A stretch of 64,000 nt of DNA from an uncultured Chthonomonadaceae bacterium (GCA_963817895.1 CAWFQB010000004.1:704001-768000), one strand, 5' to 3'. Positions 11,619-23,570 are shown, counted from the stretch's first letter. The notes: generated by a model from the sequence alone, not told the origin. Program-made: numbers and translations.

Positions 11619-11855
11619 TCAGGCGAGAAGCGCGATGTCGTCGAAACGCAGCATCAGGCGTTTGGGCGTGTGATTGTTGGTTATGGGCGTCACTTCCGCG
11701 CAGGTATAAACGCCGCCCTTTTTATCGCCGGTAAGATACGCTTCCCAATCCGCCGCCAGCCGTTCCATTTCCGCTTCCGTGAAATAGAAGATGCCGATGT
11801 TTTTGGGTTCGCCCTGCGGATTTTTGAGATAAAGATGAACCGCGTTTTCTTTCAT
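11619..11855 (-). CDS. Hypothetical protein (78 aa)
   Basis: ATG ORF co-oriented with and 12 bp upstream of the prepilin gene. Confidence 0.6.
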   Translation of the reverse strand: MKENAVHLYLKNPQGEPKNIGIFYFTEAEMERLAADWEAYLTGDKKGGVYTCAEVTPITNNHTPKRLMLRFDDIALLA

Positions 11856-11917
11856 AAGTTTCCCTGAAATTCTCTAAAGAAATAGGATATAACGGTTGAT
11901 AGCGCGGCATAAGTTTA

Positions 11918-12019
11918 GAGCCTATCCCAACAGGCGATTGCATTTGCGTCCGAAGGACGCCTGGCCGCAGGCCACTCAGACGGATACGTTCTTTGTACCC
12001 GGCCTGTTGGGATAGGCTC
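11918..12019. mobile_element. 102-bp MITE, copy 2
   Basis: Perfect 18-bp TIR GAGCCTATCCCAACAGGC/GCCTGTTGGGATAGGCTC with TTA flanks; the right TTA is the stop codon of the adjacent gene. Confidence 0.88.
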
Positions 12020-12391
12020 TTACCCGCGAACGGCGACAAATGCCAGCAACGCCCAGCCGGACAGGAAGCACAGCCCGCCAAGCGGCGTCACCGCGCCCAG
12101 TATTTTAACCCCGCTGACTGCCAGAACGTACAGGCTGCCGGAAAACAGCACAATGCCAACCGCAAACAGCCAGCCGACCCATTCCAGTTTCTTCGTTTCG
12201 CGCAGCCGGTCGGAAAGGACAGCCAGCAATATAAGCGCAAGCGCGTGTACCAGATGATACTGTACGCCCGTTTTGTACGCTTCCAGCGTTCCGTTCGCCA
12301 CCAGGACGTTTTGCAGGCCATGCGCCCCGAACGCGCCGAGCGCCACGCCGATAAACGCGAACACGCTTCCCAACAGCAGCAATGATTTCAC
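12020..12391 (-). CDS. DUF423 (YgdD/TMEM256) membrane protein
   Basis: GAFGAHGL, YHLVHALA, LFSGSLY, TPLGG motifs; GTG start at 12391 is inferred. Confidence 0.9.
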   Translation of the reverse strand: MKSLLLLGSVFAFIGVALGAFGAHGLQNVLVANGTLEAYKTGVQYHLVHALALILLAVLSDRLRETKKLEWVGWLFAVGIVLFSGSLYVLAVSGVKILGAVTPLGGLCFLSGWALLAFVAVRG

Positions 12392-12632
12392 GGGTATTGT
12401 ACCTTGTCCCTTGACGGTTGTGTATTTGAATCGCGCGTTTGCAGAAACGCGCGGAGTGGAACACGGATGGTAACAGGGCGCGTTTCTCGCGTCTTGAAAA
12501 ATACTCTGCCTTGCAGGAAAATACGTTCCGGCAGCGTATGATGTTGCAGGGACGTTCATGCGAGTTTGCAAGGTCTATCGGGTTTGTCCCGCTACCGGCA
12601 GGTGATTGCCGGAGCCGCGTGGTATACTCTCC

Positions 12633-12680
12633 TTAGAGCCTCTTCCAATCAGTTACGAATTTGCGTCTGAGGGACGCTTG
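12633..12680. mobile_element. Degenerate left end of the same MITE family
   Basis: TTAGAGCCTCTTCCAA...TTTGCGTCTGAGGGACGCTTG resembles the first half of the MITE. Confidence 0.5.
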
Positions 12681-12726
12681 CACTCTCCTGTAGGGGATTT
12701 TCAATATCCGGCCTGGCATTATACGC

Positions 12727-15700
12727 ATGAACAATACAGCAGAAAACGAAACGAACCCGCAGAACGCTTCTTCCACTCTCCATTCTCCCTCTTTTTATCT
12801 GGTGGGACTGGGGGCGTCGGCGGGCGGCATCCAGGCGCTGCAAACCTTCTTTGACGCCATGCCTCCCGACAGCGGCATGGCGTTTGTGGTGATTATGCAC
12901 CTGTCGCCCGATCATGAGAGCAATCTGGCGCAGATCCTGCAGACACCGCACGGCGATGCCGGTCGTGCAGGTGACGGAACCGACACAGGTGCTTCCCGAT
13001 CATGTGTATGTCATCCCGCCCGGCAAGCATCTGTCCCTGCAAGACGGCCACATTCATCTGGTCGAGCCGCAGCAGGCCAGTCGGCAAACGGCTTGCCATA
13101 GACCTGTTTTTTCGCACGCTGGCCGCGACCTATGGGCCGCGCGCGATTGCCGTCGTGCTGTCCGGGATCGGATGGGGATGGCAGCATCGGCATCAAGCAC
13201 GTCAAGGAGCAGGGCGGGCTGACCATTGCGCAGGAGCCGGACGAAGCCGAGTTCGACAGCATGCCCCGCTCGGCGATTGCCACCGGCATGGTGGACTGGG
13301 TCTTGCCGGTCGGCGCAGATGCCCGGCGCAGCTTGATGGAGTTCCTGCGCAACGAAGCGCGCATGCACATCCCGCCCGAAGAGCTGCAAAGCCGAGGACG
13401 GAGCGCGCAGGCCGAAGACCGCAATTCCGGCGGCCCGCCTGCTATCCGCAAGGAGGCCGAGCGCGGCGGATGAAGAGGCGCTGCTTGGAAGTGCTGCGCT
13501 TTCTGCGCGCGCAGACCGGGCATGATTTTGCTCCACTACAAGCGCGCCACCATTCTGCGCCGCGTCGCGCGCCGCCTGCAGGTCAACCTTCTGGAAGACA
13601 TCCCCGCCTATCTCGACTTTCTGCGCAGCCCATCCCGCCGAAGCCACCGCCCTGCTGCACGACCTGCTCATCAGCGTCACCAACTTCTTCCGCGATGCCG
13701 ACGCGTTTGCCGCGCTGGAAAGTCACATTCCCCAGCTCTTTGCCGACAAAGCCGCCAGCGATCAGGTGCGCGTGTGGGTGGCGGCCTGCGCGACCGGGCG
13801 AGGAAGCCTATTCGGTCGCCATGCTGCTCCTCGAACATGCGGCCCGGCTGGAAACGCCCCCGACCATTCAGGTGTTCGCGACCGACCTGGATGAGGACGC
13901 CATCCAGGTCGCGCGGGCGGGGCTGTACCCGGCCACCATTGAAGCGGATGTGTCCCCGGAGCGGCTGCGGCGCTTTTTCCACAAGGAGGAGGGGCGCTAC
14001 CGCGTCAAGAAAGAGCTGCGGGAGCGCGTCCTCTTTTCCGCGCACAATCTGCTCAAAGACTCGCCCTTTTCCCGCCTGGATCTGGTGACCTGCCGCAACC
14101 TGCTCATCTACCTCAAGCGCGAAGCGCAGGAGGCGGTTCTTCGACCTGTTCCATTTTGCCCTGCGTCCGGGCGGGCTGCTGTTTCTGGGCAGCTCGGAAA
14201 GCGTGTCCGACGGCCATGTCGCTGTTTGCCCCGCTGGACAGACAGCATCGGCTGTTTGTGCGCCGCGCCACGCCGCGCGCCGGGCTGGCAACTGCCGGCT
14301 CTGCCCGTCGCCTGTTCCTTCCGGCCTCCGCCCTCTGGCTCCCATTCCGATGCCACTTCAGCTTGCTTCCGCAGCAGCGACCGCGAACGGAACGCCCTCC
14401 ACCGCGCCTGCGCCTGGCCCGCCGGAACGCCGCTCGGCCTCTTTTGGCGATCTGCACCTGAGCCTGCTGGAACAGTTCGCCCCGCCTTCGCTGATCGTCA
14501 ACGCCGACTATGACATCGTGCATCTGTCCGAACATGCCGGTGCGTTTCCTGCAGTTCGCGGGCGAACTTTCGCGCAATCTGCTGAAGGTGGTGCATCCCG
14601 CCCTGCGCATGGAACTGCAAACCGCGCTTTTCCGCGCCTCCCATCAGCGCGTCAGCGTGACCACGGCTCCCATCCCCTTGGAAGAGGGAACCGCGTCGCT
14701 GTCTGTGACCATCCATGCACGCCCCACGCTCTCGTCGGAAGAGGCGGAGTTTCTGCTGGTCGTGTTTGAACACCGCCGACGCCCGCCAGGACGCGCCTGC
14801 GGTCGCTTCCAGACCTGCGGACACGATCACGCTCCATCTGGAGGAGGAAAGCTAGCATCTGCGGGAGCAGCTGAGCGCGACGGTGGAGCAGTACGAAGCC
14901 TCCCTGGAGGAACTCAAAGCCGCCGACGGAAGAGCAGCAGTCCATCAACGAGGAGATGCGCTCGACCGCCGAAGAACTGGAAACCAGCAAGGAAGAGCTG
15001 CAATCCATCAACGAGGAACTCACGACAGTCAATCAGGAACTCAAAAGCAACGTGGACGAACTCGGCCGCGCCAACGGCGACCTGCAGAACCTGATGGCCT
15101 CGACGGAGATCGGCACGATCTTCCTGGACCGGCAACTGCGCATCAAGCGCTTCACGCCCCGCATCCGCGAACTGTTCAACATCATTCCGACCGATATCGG
15201 ACGCCCGCTTTCCGACATCACCCACAAACTCAACCACCATCCCTTTAGCGACGACGCCGAGCGCGTGCTGACGGACTTGAGCCGCAGCGAGCGCGAAGTG
15301 CGCTACAATGGAAACTATTTTCTCGCCCGCATGCTGCCGTATCGCACTCCCGACGATCACATAGATGGCGTCGTCCTGACCTTCATTGACATCACGGAGC
15401 GTAAAAAAGCCGAAGAAGCCCTGCGCGAAGCGGAAATGCGGATGCGCCTGATCGTGGAAAGCGCCCGCGACTACGCCATCTTCACAACGGATTTACAACG
15501 CCGCGTGAGCAGTTGGAACGGGGGCGCGCAGGCGCTGTTCGGGTATACGGAAGCGGAGATTTTGAACAGGCCGGGCGACATGTTGTATACGCCTGAAGAC
15601 CGCGCCGCAGGCGCGCCGCAGGGGGAAGCGGAAAGGGCGCAGACTACGGGACGGGCCGAGAACGAGCGCTGGCATGAGCGTAAGGATGGCTCCCGGTTCT

Positions 15701-18357
15701 ATGGATCGGGCGTGGTGACGCCCCTGCGCGACGATGCGGGCAACCACATCGGCTTTGTCAAAGTGATGCGCGACCTGACCGAGCAGAAGCGGGCGGAAGA
15801 GGCCTTAGCCGCCTCAGAGGAGCAGTTTCGACAGGCAATTGAGGAGGCGCCCGTTCCGATCATCATGCAGGCCGAAGATGGCGAGGTACTTCAGATCAAC
15901 CGTATCTGGACGGAACTGACCGGCTGTAGACAGGCAGACATGCCGACGTTTGATGCCTGGCTCAACATGGCTAACGTGGAGAGCGCCAATGAAGTGCGAG
16001 GGCACATGCGCGACCTGTTCCAGGGGAAACAGACCATCCTGAATGTCGAGTTTTCCATCGTCACCCGGGACGGGGCGCAGCGGCGCTGGAGCTTCAGCGC
16101 GTCTTCGCCGGGTATCCTGCGCGATGGCCGCCGCTTCATCGTGGGCATGGCGATTGACATCACCGACCGCAAACGCGCTGACGAAGCCTTGCAGGTATCG
16201 GAGGAACAGTATCGCGCGCTGTTTACCTCGATGGACGAAGGTTTTTGCACAATTGAGGTTTTGTTCGACGCGCAGGGCAAATCCAGCGATTACCGTTTTC
16301 TCGAAACGAACCCGGCGTTCGCGCGGCAGACAGGTATCGAAAACGCCGTTGGCAAAACCATGCGCGAACTCGCGCCCGAACACGAAGAATTCTGGTACGA
16401 GACATACGGGCGTATTGCCCGCTCGGGAGAAGCGACGCGCTTTGAACACGAAGCCGCCGCGTTTGGAAAGTTCTACGACGTTTAAGCCTTTCGCATCGGC
16501 CAGCCGGGCGAAAACCGCATTGCCGTTATCGTCAGCGACATCTTCGCGCGCAAGCAGGCGGAAGCCGCTCTGCGCGTGTCGGAACAGCGCGCCCGCGCGC
16601 TGATTGAAAACCTGCCGGGCGGAGCCGCCTTTATCGTGGATGGCGACCTGCGCTATCTGCTTGCCGAGGGCGAAGCGCTCACGACGGTCGGGTTTACGTC
16701 GAAAGACTTTGTCGGCAAAACTGTTTTCGAGGCGCTTCCGTCCGCGTTGGCAGCGCAGCACGAGCCGATGTTCCGCCAGGCATTGGCGGGGGAACACTTC
16801 GAGCAGGAACATTTCGCGCATGGACGCTGGTATCTTTCGCGCGGCGCGCCGCTCATGGACGCGAACGGCGATGTCTACGCCGTTCTGGCGCTGTCCTACG
16901 ACATCACGGCGCGCAAGCAGGCCGAAACGGGATTGCGCGAAAGCGAGGAGCGGCTGCGCATCGCCGTCGAGCCCGCCGATATGGGGACGTGGGACTGGAA
17001 CTTGCTGACCAACGAGGTGACATGGAACGCGCGCCACTTTACCCTGCTCGGCATGGAGCCGCAGGAGCATCCTCTGCCGGCGGAAGAGTTCTTCCGCCAC
17101 GTACACCCGGACGACCGCGACCGATTACGGGAACGGCTGGAGCAGACCCTGCGCGACAGGATTGTGTTTGAAGCCGAATACCGCATTGTACGCGAAGACG
17201 GCGAGGTCTGCTGGATGAGCGGCTACGGCAACATTGTGGAAGAAAGGGAGGGCAGGGCCACGCGGATAAGCGGAGGCATGTTGGACATCACCCGGCGCAA
17301 GGACATAGAGGAAGCCCTGCGCCTGGGCGAGGAGCGGTATCGGCTGACGGTCGAGAATATCCGCGATTATGCCATTTTCACGCTGGACACCGAGGGGCAT
17401 GTGACAAGCTGGAGCGAGGGAGCGCGGCGCGTCAAAGGCTATGAACCCCACGAGATCATCGGACGGCATTTCCGCGTGTTCTATATCCCGGAAGATCAGG
17501 CAAGCCGCAAGCCGGAACACGAAATGGAACACGCTGCCGCCACGGGCCGCAATGAGGACGAGAGTTGGCGCGTGCGCAAAAATGGGACGCGCTTCTGGGG
17601 CAACGAGATCAGCACGGCCATACGCGACGAAACCGGAGCCTTGCGCGGCTTCGTCAAGATCAGCCGCGACCTGACCGAGCGCAAGCGCGTCGAAGAGGAG
17701 CGAATCGCGCTGGAACACGAAACCACCCTCCTGACCGAGCGCAACCGCATGGCGCAGGAGTTGCACGACACCCTGGCGCAGGGCTTTACCGGCATTCGGA
17801 TGCAGTTGGAGATGGCGCAAGATGCCCTGCAAGCCGCGCCCCCCGAAGCAGAGGAGAGCTTGCAGCGTGTGGTAAGAGCCAGAGAAATCGCCGCCAACAG
17901 CCATCAGGAAGCCCGCCGTTCCATTCGCGCCCTGCGCTCGCCCCTGCTGGAGAATTCCACCCTGCCCGAAGCCCTGGAACGGCTTGCCGGCGATGTCAGC
18001 GATAGCGTTGTGGTCGGTTTTGCTCTGGAAGGAACGCCTTTTCCCCTGTCGGCCCTGGTGGAAAACGATCTGTACCGCATCAGTCAGGAGGCCGTGACCA
18101 ATGCCGTTCGCCACAGCGAAGCGAAGCGGATCGTCCTGACGCTGACCTACTTTGACGATCAGACGCATCTCAGCATTGTGGATGATGGACGCGGCTTCGA
18201 TCCGAGTACCAGCCGCGCGGGTTTCGGCGTCACGGGCATGCAGGAACGGGCGCGGCGTCTGGGAGCGGAACTGCAAATCTCCAGCCAGCCGGGGCAGGGA
18301 ACGCAGGTCAACCTGGCGTACCCCATTTCTATCGGACAACAGCGCCCTGCCACATAG
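12727..18357 (+). CDS. CheB-CheR-coiled coil-multi-PAS-histidine kinase (HisKA_3) fusion, many frameshifts
   Basis: CheB motifs ([29 protein letters not shown]); CheR motifs ([23 protein letters not shown]); [16 protein letters not shown] coil; several PAS/PAC repeats; [17 protein letters not shown]-box; DDGRGF and GFGVTGM. Confidence 0.85.
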
Positions 18358-18487
18358 AGGGCGGCCTACAACTTAAGAGGGGGTTAAAAGTCTGCCGCAG
18401 GGACGCCAACGCCGCGCTTTCACATTCGTAAGCACAGGAAAGGCAGAGTGCTATGCGCAAATGAGAGCGGGAACAAGATGAGCGAAA

Positions 18488-18856
18488 ATGCGGGCGCGGC
18501 GTATACTGATTGTTGACGACCATGAAGTCGTCCGAGAAGGATTGGTCGGTATTCTGACACGCCAGAAGATGCAGGTCGTGGCCGAAGCCGTCAATGGTCA
18601 GGAAGCCATCGCGTGTTATCGGCAGCACCGGCCCGATATTGTCCTGATGGACTTGCGAATGCCCCTTATGGATGGCCTGACGGCGACGCGCGCGATTGTA
18701 TCCGAGTTCCCCCACGCGCAAATCATTATTCTGACCAACTCCGAAGGCGAGGAGGAGAACAGCCGACAGGCAGGCGCAGCCGCCTTCGTGCAAAAAGACG
18801 CGCCTTCCGAACAATTGCTTCGCGCGATCCATGCGGTTCACAATGCGTCTGCCTGA
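18488..18856 (+). CDS. Single-domain response regulator (receiver only)
   Basis: ILIVDDH, LMDLRMP, FVQKD. Confidence 0.85.
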   Translation: MRARRILIVDDHEVVREGLVGILTRQKMQVVAEAVNGQEAIACYRQHRPDIVLMDLRMPLMDGLTATRAIVSEFPHAQIIILTNSEGEEENSRQAGAAAFVQKDAPSEQLLRAIHAVHNASA

Positions 18857-18861
18857 CCGTT

Positions 18862-18953
18862 GGGCGCGGCAAGCAGGGCGCGGCAAGCAAGCAGGGCGCG
18901 GCAAGCAAGCAGGGCGCGGCAAGCAAGCAGGGCGCGGCAAGCAGCGCCCCTAC
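18862..18953. repeat. Tandemly expanded REP (GGGCGCGGCAAGCA[AGCA])n ending GCGCCCCTAC
   Basis: Five units, three of them 18 bp, ending in the same REP end as 9903-9926. Confidence 0.8.
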
Positions 18954-19030
18954 TGGCATGGAGGGGCGCGTAAAGCCACTTGATGGACAACAAGAGCCTG
19001 CGCGATGGCCCTGCGCTCTGGAGAGATTGT

Positions 19031-19300
19031 ATGAGCAATACAAACGCGATACGAATTCTGATTGCGGACGATCATCCGGTCGTTTGTGAGGGCGTGGCTG
19101 CCCTGCTTTCGCGGCAGGAAGGGTTGTGTGTGATAGCTCAGGCGCACAACGGCAAGGAAGCCACGCAACTCTATCGGCAGCATCTGCCGGATGTGGCGAT
19201 TCTGGACAAAAGAATGCCGCAGATGGACGGTCTGGAAACGCTGCAAGCGATTCGCAAGGAGTTTCCCCAGGCGCGAATCATCCTGCTGTCGAATTCTTAG
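19031..19300 (+). pseudogene. Truncated response regulator receiver domain
   Basis: ILIADDH...ILDKRMP...IILLSNS, then stop before the conserved Lys strand. Confidence 0.6.
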
Positions 19301-19320
19301 TTATCGAAGGAGAATGAACG

Positions 19321-20140
19321 ATGCCTGGCCCGTTTCCCGGCATGGACCCGTATCTGGAAGCCCCGGTATTATGGCCTGATCTGCACCATAGTTTCATTAC
19401 CTTTGCCCGTTCGGCGATACGCGCCGCGCTGCCGCCCGGTTACATTGCCAGAGTGGAAGAGCGCGTCATTATTCTGCCCTCGGAGCGCGGCATCGTGCCT
19501 GACGTGTTTGTTCGCCGTCGCCCTCCCCCGCAATCCTCCTCCGTAACGGGAAACGTCGCGATTGCCGACGCTCAGAACGCCCCGCGATTGATTCGCGTTC
19601 CGCCTGTAGAAACGCGGCGGCAGGGGTATATTGAAATCGTAGACGCCGTTGACCGGGAGCGCGTGATTACGACGATTGAGGTTCTCAGCCCTACCAATAA
19701 AATGGCCGGCAATTCCAGTCGGGCGAGTTACGCTCGTAAGCAGGAAGCCACTCTCCACAGCGAAACGCATTTGCTGGAAATTGATTTGCTGCGGACAGGA
19801 GAACCGACTGTCGCCGCGCCGCTTGCCGCTCTGAACGCGGAGGGCGTTGCATGGAATTATCTGGCCTGTCTGCACCGCGCCAATCAGAATCAGGACGATG
19901 ACCAGACATTCGAGGTCTGGTTCAACCGGTTACGGCAACCCTTGCCGCAGAGTATATGTTCCCCTGAACAAGAGCCAACAGGATATAGAGTTGGATTTAC
20001 AGGCCGTTCTCAATCGTTGCTACGAGGAGGCAGGCTACGGCGACGCGGTTGACTACGCGAACGAAGCCCTGCCGCCGCTTTCCGCCGAAGACGCGGTTTG
20101 GGCAGACGCATTGCTGCGCGAAAAAGGATTGCGACGGTGA
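19321..20140 (+). CDS. DUF4058 family protein (frameshift near 19960)
   Basis: MPGPFPGMDPYLE, IEVLSPTNK, LLEIDLLR; C-terminus in ORF 19847-20140. Confidence 0.88.
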
Positions 20141-20252
20141 AAAATTATCAGTACGCAGAATTCGCGTGAGCAAATCGTTGTGTAAAGCCGTTTTTATCTA
20201 CGGGGAGTGGCAAACAAAAACGTTGCTGAAACCTACCGAAGGAGAATGAACG

Positions 20253-21059
20253 ATGCCCGGCCCGTTTCCCGGCATGGACCCGTATCTGGAAGATCCGTTT
20301 AGGTGGCAGGGAGTTCACAACACCCTGATTACCTATATTGCCGCCGAACTTAACGCCACGCTTCCGCCCGATTACGTTGCGGATACAGGGGTTCGTTGCG
20401 TGGCTGAGTGGCAGTCGGGCAGTATTCTTCCTGATGTGTTCGTTCAGGAAGAACAGGGTATCGCCACGACAGGGCGTAGTGGCAGCGTGAGTGTGCTGGA
20501 GGGAACCCGCGCGATAGATGCGCCTTTGCGCTTGCAGGCTATGGAAGTAGAGGAGCGTCAGGCGTATGTCAATATCATCAACACGCGAAACGAGCAGATT
20601 GTCAGCGTGATTGAACTGCTCAGTCCGACCAACAAAAACAAAAACAACAGCGGATGGGAAGCGTACCGGCACAAACAGCGGGAGTTGTTAGCCAGCCATA
20701 CAAGCCTGATCGAGATAGATTTGCTGCGCGCGGGAATTTATACGGTGGCGGTTCCAATCTCCCTGATACCGCCGCAACGGAAATGGAATTATCTGACCTG
20801 CCTGCATCGGGGCGGGCAAGGTTCCGTGTTTGAGGTATGGCCGCATACGGTACGCGAATGTCTGCCCTGCATTGCCGTGCCGCTGGGCGCAAACATGCCG
20901 GATTTGCCACTGGACTTGCAGCAGCCGTTCAACCGCTGCTACGATGAGGGGCGTTACAACCGCAAAATTCAGTACGCCCACGAGCCAATTCCGCCGCTTT
21001 CCGCCGAAGATGCGGTTTGGGCAGACGCATTGCTGCGCGAAAAAGGATTACGAAGTTGA
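20253..21059 (+). CDS. DUF4058 family protein
   Basis: MPGPFPGMDPYLE, IELLSPTNK, LIEIDLLR. Confidence 0.9.
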   Translation: MPGPFPGMDPYLEDPFRWQGVHNTLITYIAAELNATLPPDYVADTGVRCVAEWQSGSILPDVFVQEEQGIATTGRSGSVSVLEGTRAIDAPLRLQAMEVEERQAYVNIINTRNEQIVSVIELLSPTNKNKNNSGWEAYRHKQRELLASHTSLIEIDLLRAGIYTVAVPISLIPPQRKWNYLTCLHRGGQGSVFEVWPHTVRECLPCIAVPLGANMPDLPLDLQQPFNRCYDEGRYNRKIQYAHEPIPPLSAEDAVWADALLREKGLRS

Positions 21060-21130
21060 GTCAAACCGAACGCCGCAAAAATACAGGAAGGAAAATAGCT
21101 AAAACAGGGTAAAATTAACAGGGATGTAAA

Positions 21131-22675
21131 GTGACACGACGCGCGTCGAGCAGAGCCTTCAAGCTGAACACAACTCTTATGCCGGTGGAGGAACTCATGG
21201 ACGAGTTTGGTGATCTCAACTCCTGCGCGAAACGGCTGCGGTTTCCTGCCATGCTGGAAAACCGGTTTCTGAAGGATTACGACGACAACTCCGTCACGCT
21301 CTGCCGCACCGCCCTCGCCGCTTCCACCCTCATCTACATGCTTTTCGGCGTCCTTGACCCGTATGCCATCCCCTCCGCTCTCCACGACATCTGGTTTATC
21401 CGGTTCGGATTGGTCACGCCCCTCCTCCTTCTCCTCCTTGTCGTCAGTTTCTTCCCCCTCTTCCGTCGCTATATTCAGCCCCTCACCAGCCTGCAACTGA
21501 TACCCTCCGGTATCGGCCTCATTGCCATGACCGCCCGCTCGCGTCCCGGCGAACTCGGCTATGTCTGCTATCCCATCGGCCTCCTCCTCGTCTGCATGGT
21601 CGGCTACTGCTTTCTCCGGCTGCGCTTCGGCTATGCCTCCATTGCCAACCTGATCCTCGTCCTCCTCTATCTGTTCGTCGCCCTCGACGTTCAAAAAATT
21701 CTCACTCTTCCGCAGGGGCGGCCCATTTTTATCAACAACCTCTTCTTCATCCTTGCCGCCAACGTCATCGGATTGGCAACCTGTTACGCCCTCGAACTCT
21801 ACGCCCGTCGCGCCTTTGTCGCCAACTATCTTCTCGAACAGGAGCGCGTCGGCGAACAGCGCAAGCGCGAAAAGACCGAGGCCATGCTGCGAATTCTCGG
21901 TCAGGCTATCGGTGGCGTCGTTCACGATCTGGGCAACCCCTTAGCCACCATGCAAATGGGCGCGCAAACGATGGAAATGTTTCTGGATACGGGTGACGTG
22001 GACAAAGAAACGCTGAAGGAATTTACGGGAATCATCACGACGGGGGCCGAAATGCTCAACCACCTGCGCCTCTCCCTCATGGAACAAACCCGCGTTCTGG
22101 AAGGCAAACCTATTCCTGTTGACCTGAAATCCGTTTCCATTCGGCAACTCGTGGAAGCCGGAATCCACTATCAGAAACCCCGCTTCACGGAAGGCCGGAA
22201 AATCGTACAGAACGGCGACGATGTAGACATTCACGCCGATGAAATGAAACTCACCACCGTGTTCATGAATCTTATCGGCAACGCTCTGAAATACAGCGAC
22301 GGCGAAGTCCACATTGTCTGGCGGGTCGCCCACAACGTTCTGCTTGTCGCCATTGCCGACGAGGGCATGGCGGGGCAGGGCATTTCCCAATCACAGGCCG
22401 ACCAGTTATTTGTCGCCTTTGGCCGACTCGATAGCCATGCGCAGGTGGAAGGAACCGGACTCGGCCTCTTGTCCGCCCGCAAAATCGTCGAAGCGCACGG
22501 CGGCGAAGTGTTTATCGAAGGCCGCGCCGATGGAACGCGAACCTCCGCCCCCTTTGCCACCGCGCAGCAAGCCTATCCCTCTCTTCTCCAAGACAACCAT
22601 TGCACCGCCTTCATCGTCGTCTGCCCCCTTCCGCCACAGTCGAGCAGCGCGCCACCCACGAGCCTACCCCGATAG
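21131..22675 (+). CDS. Multi-TM sensor histidine kinase
   Basis: About 6 TM helices, VHDLGNPL H-box, NLIGNALKY, DEG, GTGLGL; start uncertain (21131 or 21179). Confidence 0.85.
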   Translation: MTRRASSRAFKLNTTLMPVEELMDEFGDLNSCAKRLRFPAMLENRFLKDYDDNSVTLCRTALAASTLIYMLFGVLDPYAIPSALHDIWFIRFGLVTPLLLLLLVVSFFPLFRRYIQPLTSLQLIPSGIGLIAMTARSRPGELGYVCYPIGLLLVCMVGYCFLRLRFGYASIANLILVLLYLFVALDVQKILTLPQGRPIFINNLFFILAANVIGLATCYALELYARRAFVANYLLEQERVGEQRKREKTEAMLRILGQAIGGVVHDLGNPLATMQMGAQTMEMFLDTGDVDKETLKEFTGIITTGAEMLNHLRLSLMEQTRVLEGKPIPVDLKSVSIRQLVEAGIHYQKPRFTEGRKIVQNGDDVDIHADEMKLTTVFMNLIGNALKYSDGEVHIVWRVAHNVLLVAIADEGMAGQGISQSQADQLFVAFGRLDSHAQVEGTGLGLLSARKIVEAHGGEVFIEGRADGTRTSAPFATAQQAYPSLLQDNHCTAFIVVCPLPPQSSSAPPTSLPR

Positions 22676-22731
22676 GTTCCCCTTATTGCAATTTTGGGAG
22701 AAGGGGTCAGTACTCCGTCAATTAGAAGAGT

Positions 22732-22870
22732 AGGGTATGTTGTAGGGGTTCTGCTTGCTGAACCCTCCTAAAGCGCGGGCTGAACCCTCCTCAAACAGAG
22801 CGCAACCGTGTACAAGGCATGGCGCAGCAAGCCGCCCTTTTGGGCGCAGCAAGCAGCGCCCTTACCTGAT
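22732..22870. repeat. REP/REPIN-like element (GTAG family)
   Basis: Homologous to 9812-9931 in both arms and flanks. Confidence 0.75.
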
Positions 22871-22970
22871 TGTTCACCCTTGATGGAGTACCAGGGGTTG
22901 AGGGCCGTTTTGAATAGAAACTGGCAAGTGATGAAGGGAATTGCAGTTGGTTTGGAGGTTGGATAAGGAC

Positions 22971-23564
22971 ATGCCTGCTGAAAGAGAAATACGCGCGGAT
23001 TACAACGCGACTTCTATTGTGGTCTATCAGGCGTACTCGCCCGCCATTGCCGCGCCTGCCCTCGCCGCGCAACGGTTTGTGCCGCCGTTCTCATTTGGGC
23101 GCATGACGTGGATCAAGCCCTCGTTCCTCTGGCTCATGGAGCGCAGTCACTGGGCGCAAAAGACGGGACAGGAGCAAATTCTGGCCGCGCAGATCACGCG
23201 CGCCGGATGGGAGGAAGCCCTGTCGCTTGGCGTTCTTACTGCCGCCGAAACTGGCGTCTACCCAACCTACGCGCTCTGGCAGGAGCAGTTTGCCCATGCG
23301 CAGGCGCATATTCAATGGGACCCGGAACGTTCGCTGCGAGGCGGCAGTTTGCCTTACGGCAGTATTCAAGTTGGATTGAGCCGCCACATCATTCGCCGCT
23401 ATGTGGAAGAGTGGACGGTTTCGATTGAGGATTACACGCCCCGCGTAAAGAAGATCGCCACGCTGCTGCGAACCGGCAAAGAAGCGCAGGCGCGGGCATA
23501 CCTGCCATCCGAGCGCGTATACCCTTTGTCGGCAGAATTAAAGCGCAAAATCGGGGCGAGTTGA
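22971..23564 (+). CDS. DUF4291 domain protein
   Basis: IRADY...[34 protein letters not shown] signature. Confidence 0.9.
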   Translation: MPAEREIRADYNATSIVVYQAYSPAIAAPALAAQRFVPPFSFGRMTWIKPSFLWLMERSHWAQKTGQEQILAAQITRAGWEEALSLGVLTAAETGVYPTYALWQEQFAHAQAHIQWDPERSLRGGSLPYGSIQVGLSRHIIRRYVEEWTVSIEDYTPRVKKIATLLRTGKEAQARAYLPSERVYPLSAELKRKIGAS

Positions 23565-23570
23565 ACCCTG

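Noticed and set aside
15814..18339. Long antisense ORFs (430 and 404 aa) and similar shadows of other genes
   Set aside because: They lie opposite well-supported genes, carry no motifs, and are typical of GC-rich codon bias.
18329..18940. ORF with PACLPR repeats
   Set aside because: Translation of the REP tandem array plus the antisense strand of a receiver gene.
18862..18953. Possible CRISPR array
   Set aside because: Units are contiguous 14-18-bp repeats with no spacers, and no cas genes are present; it is an expanded REP.
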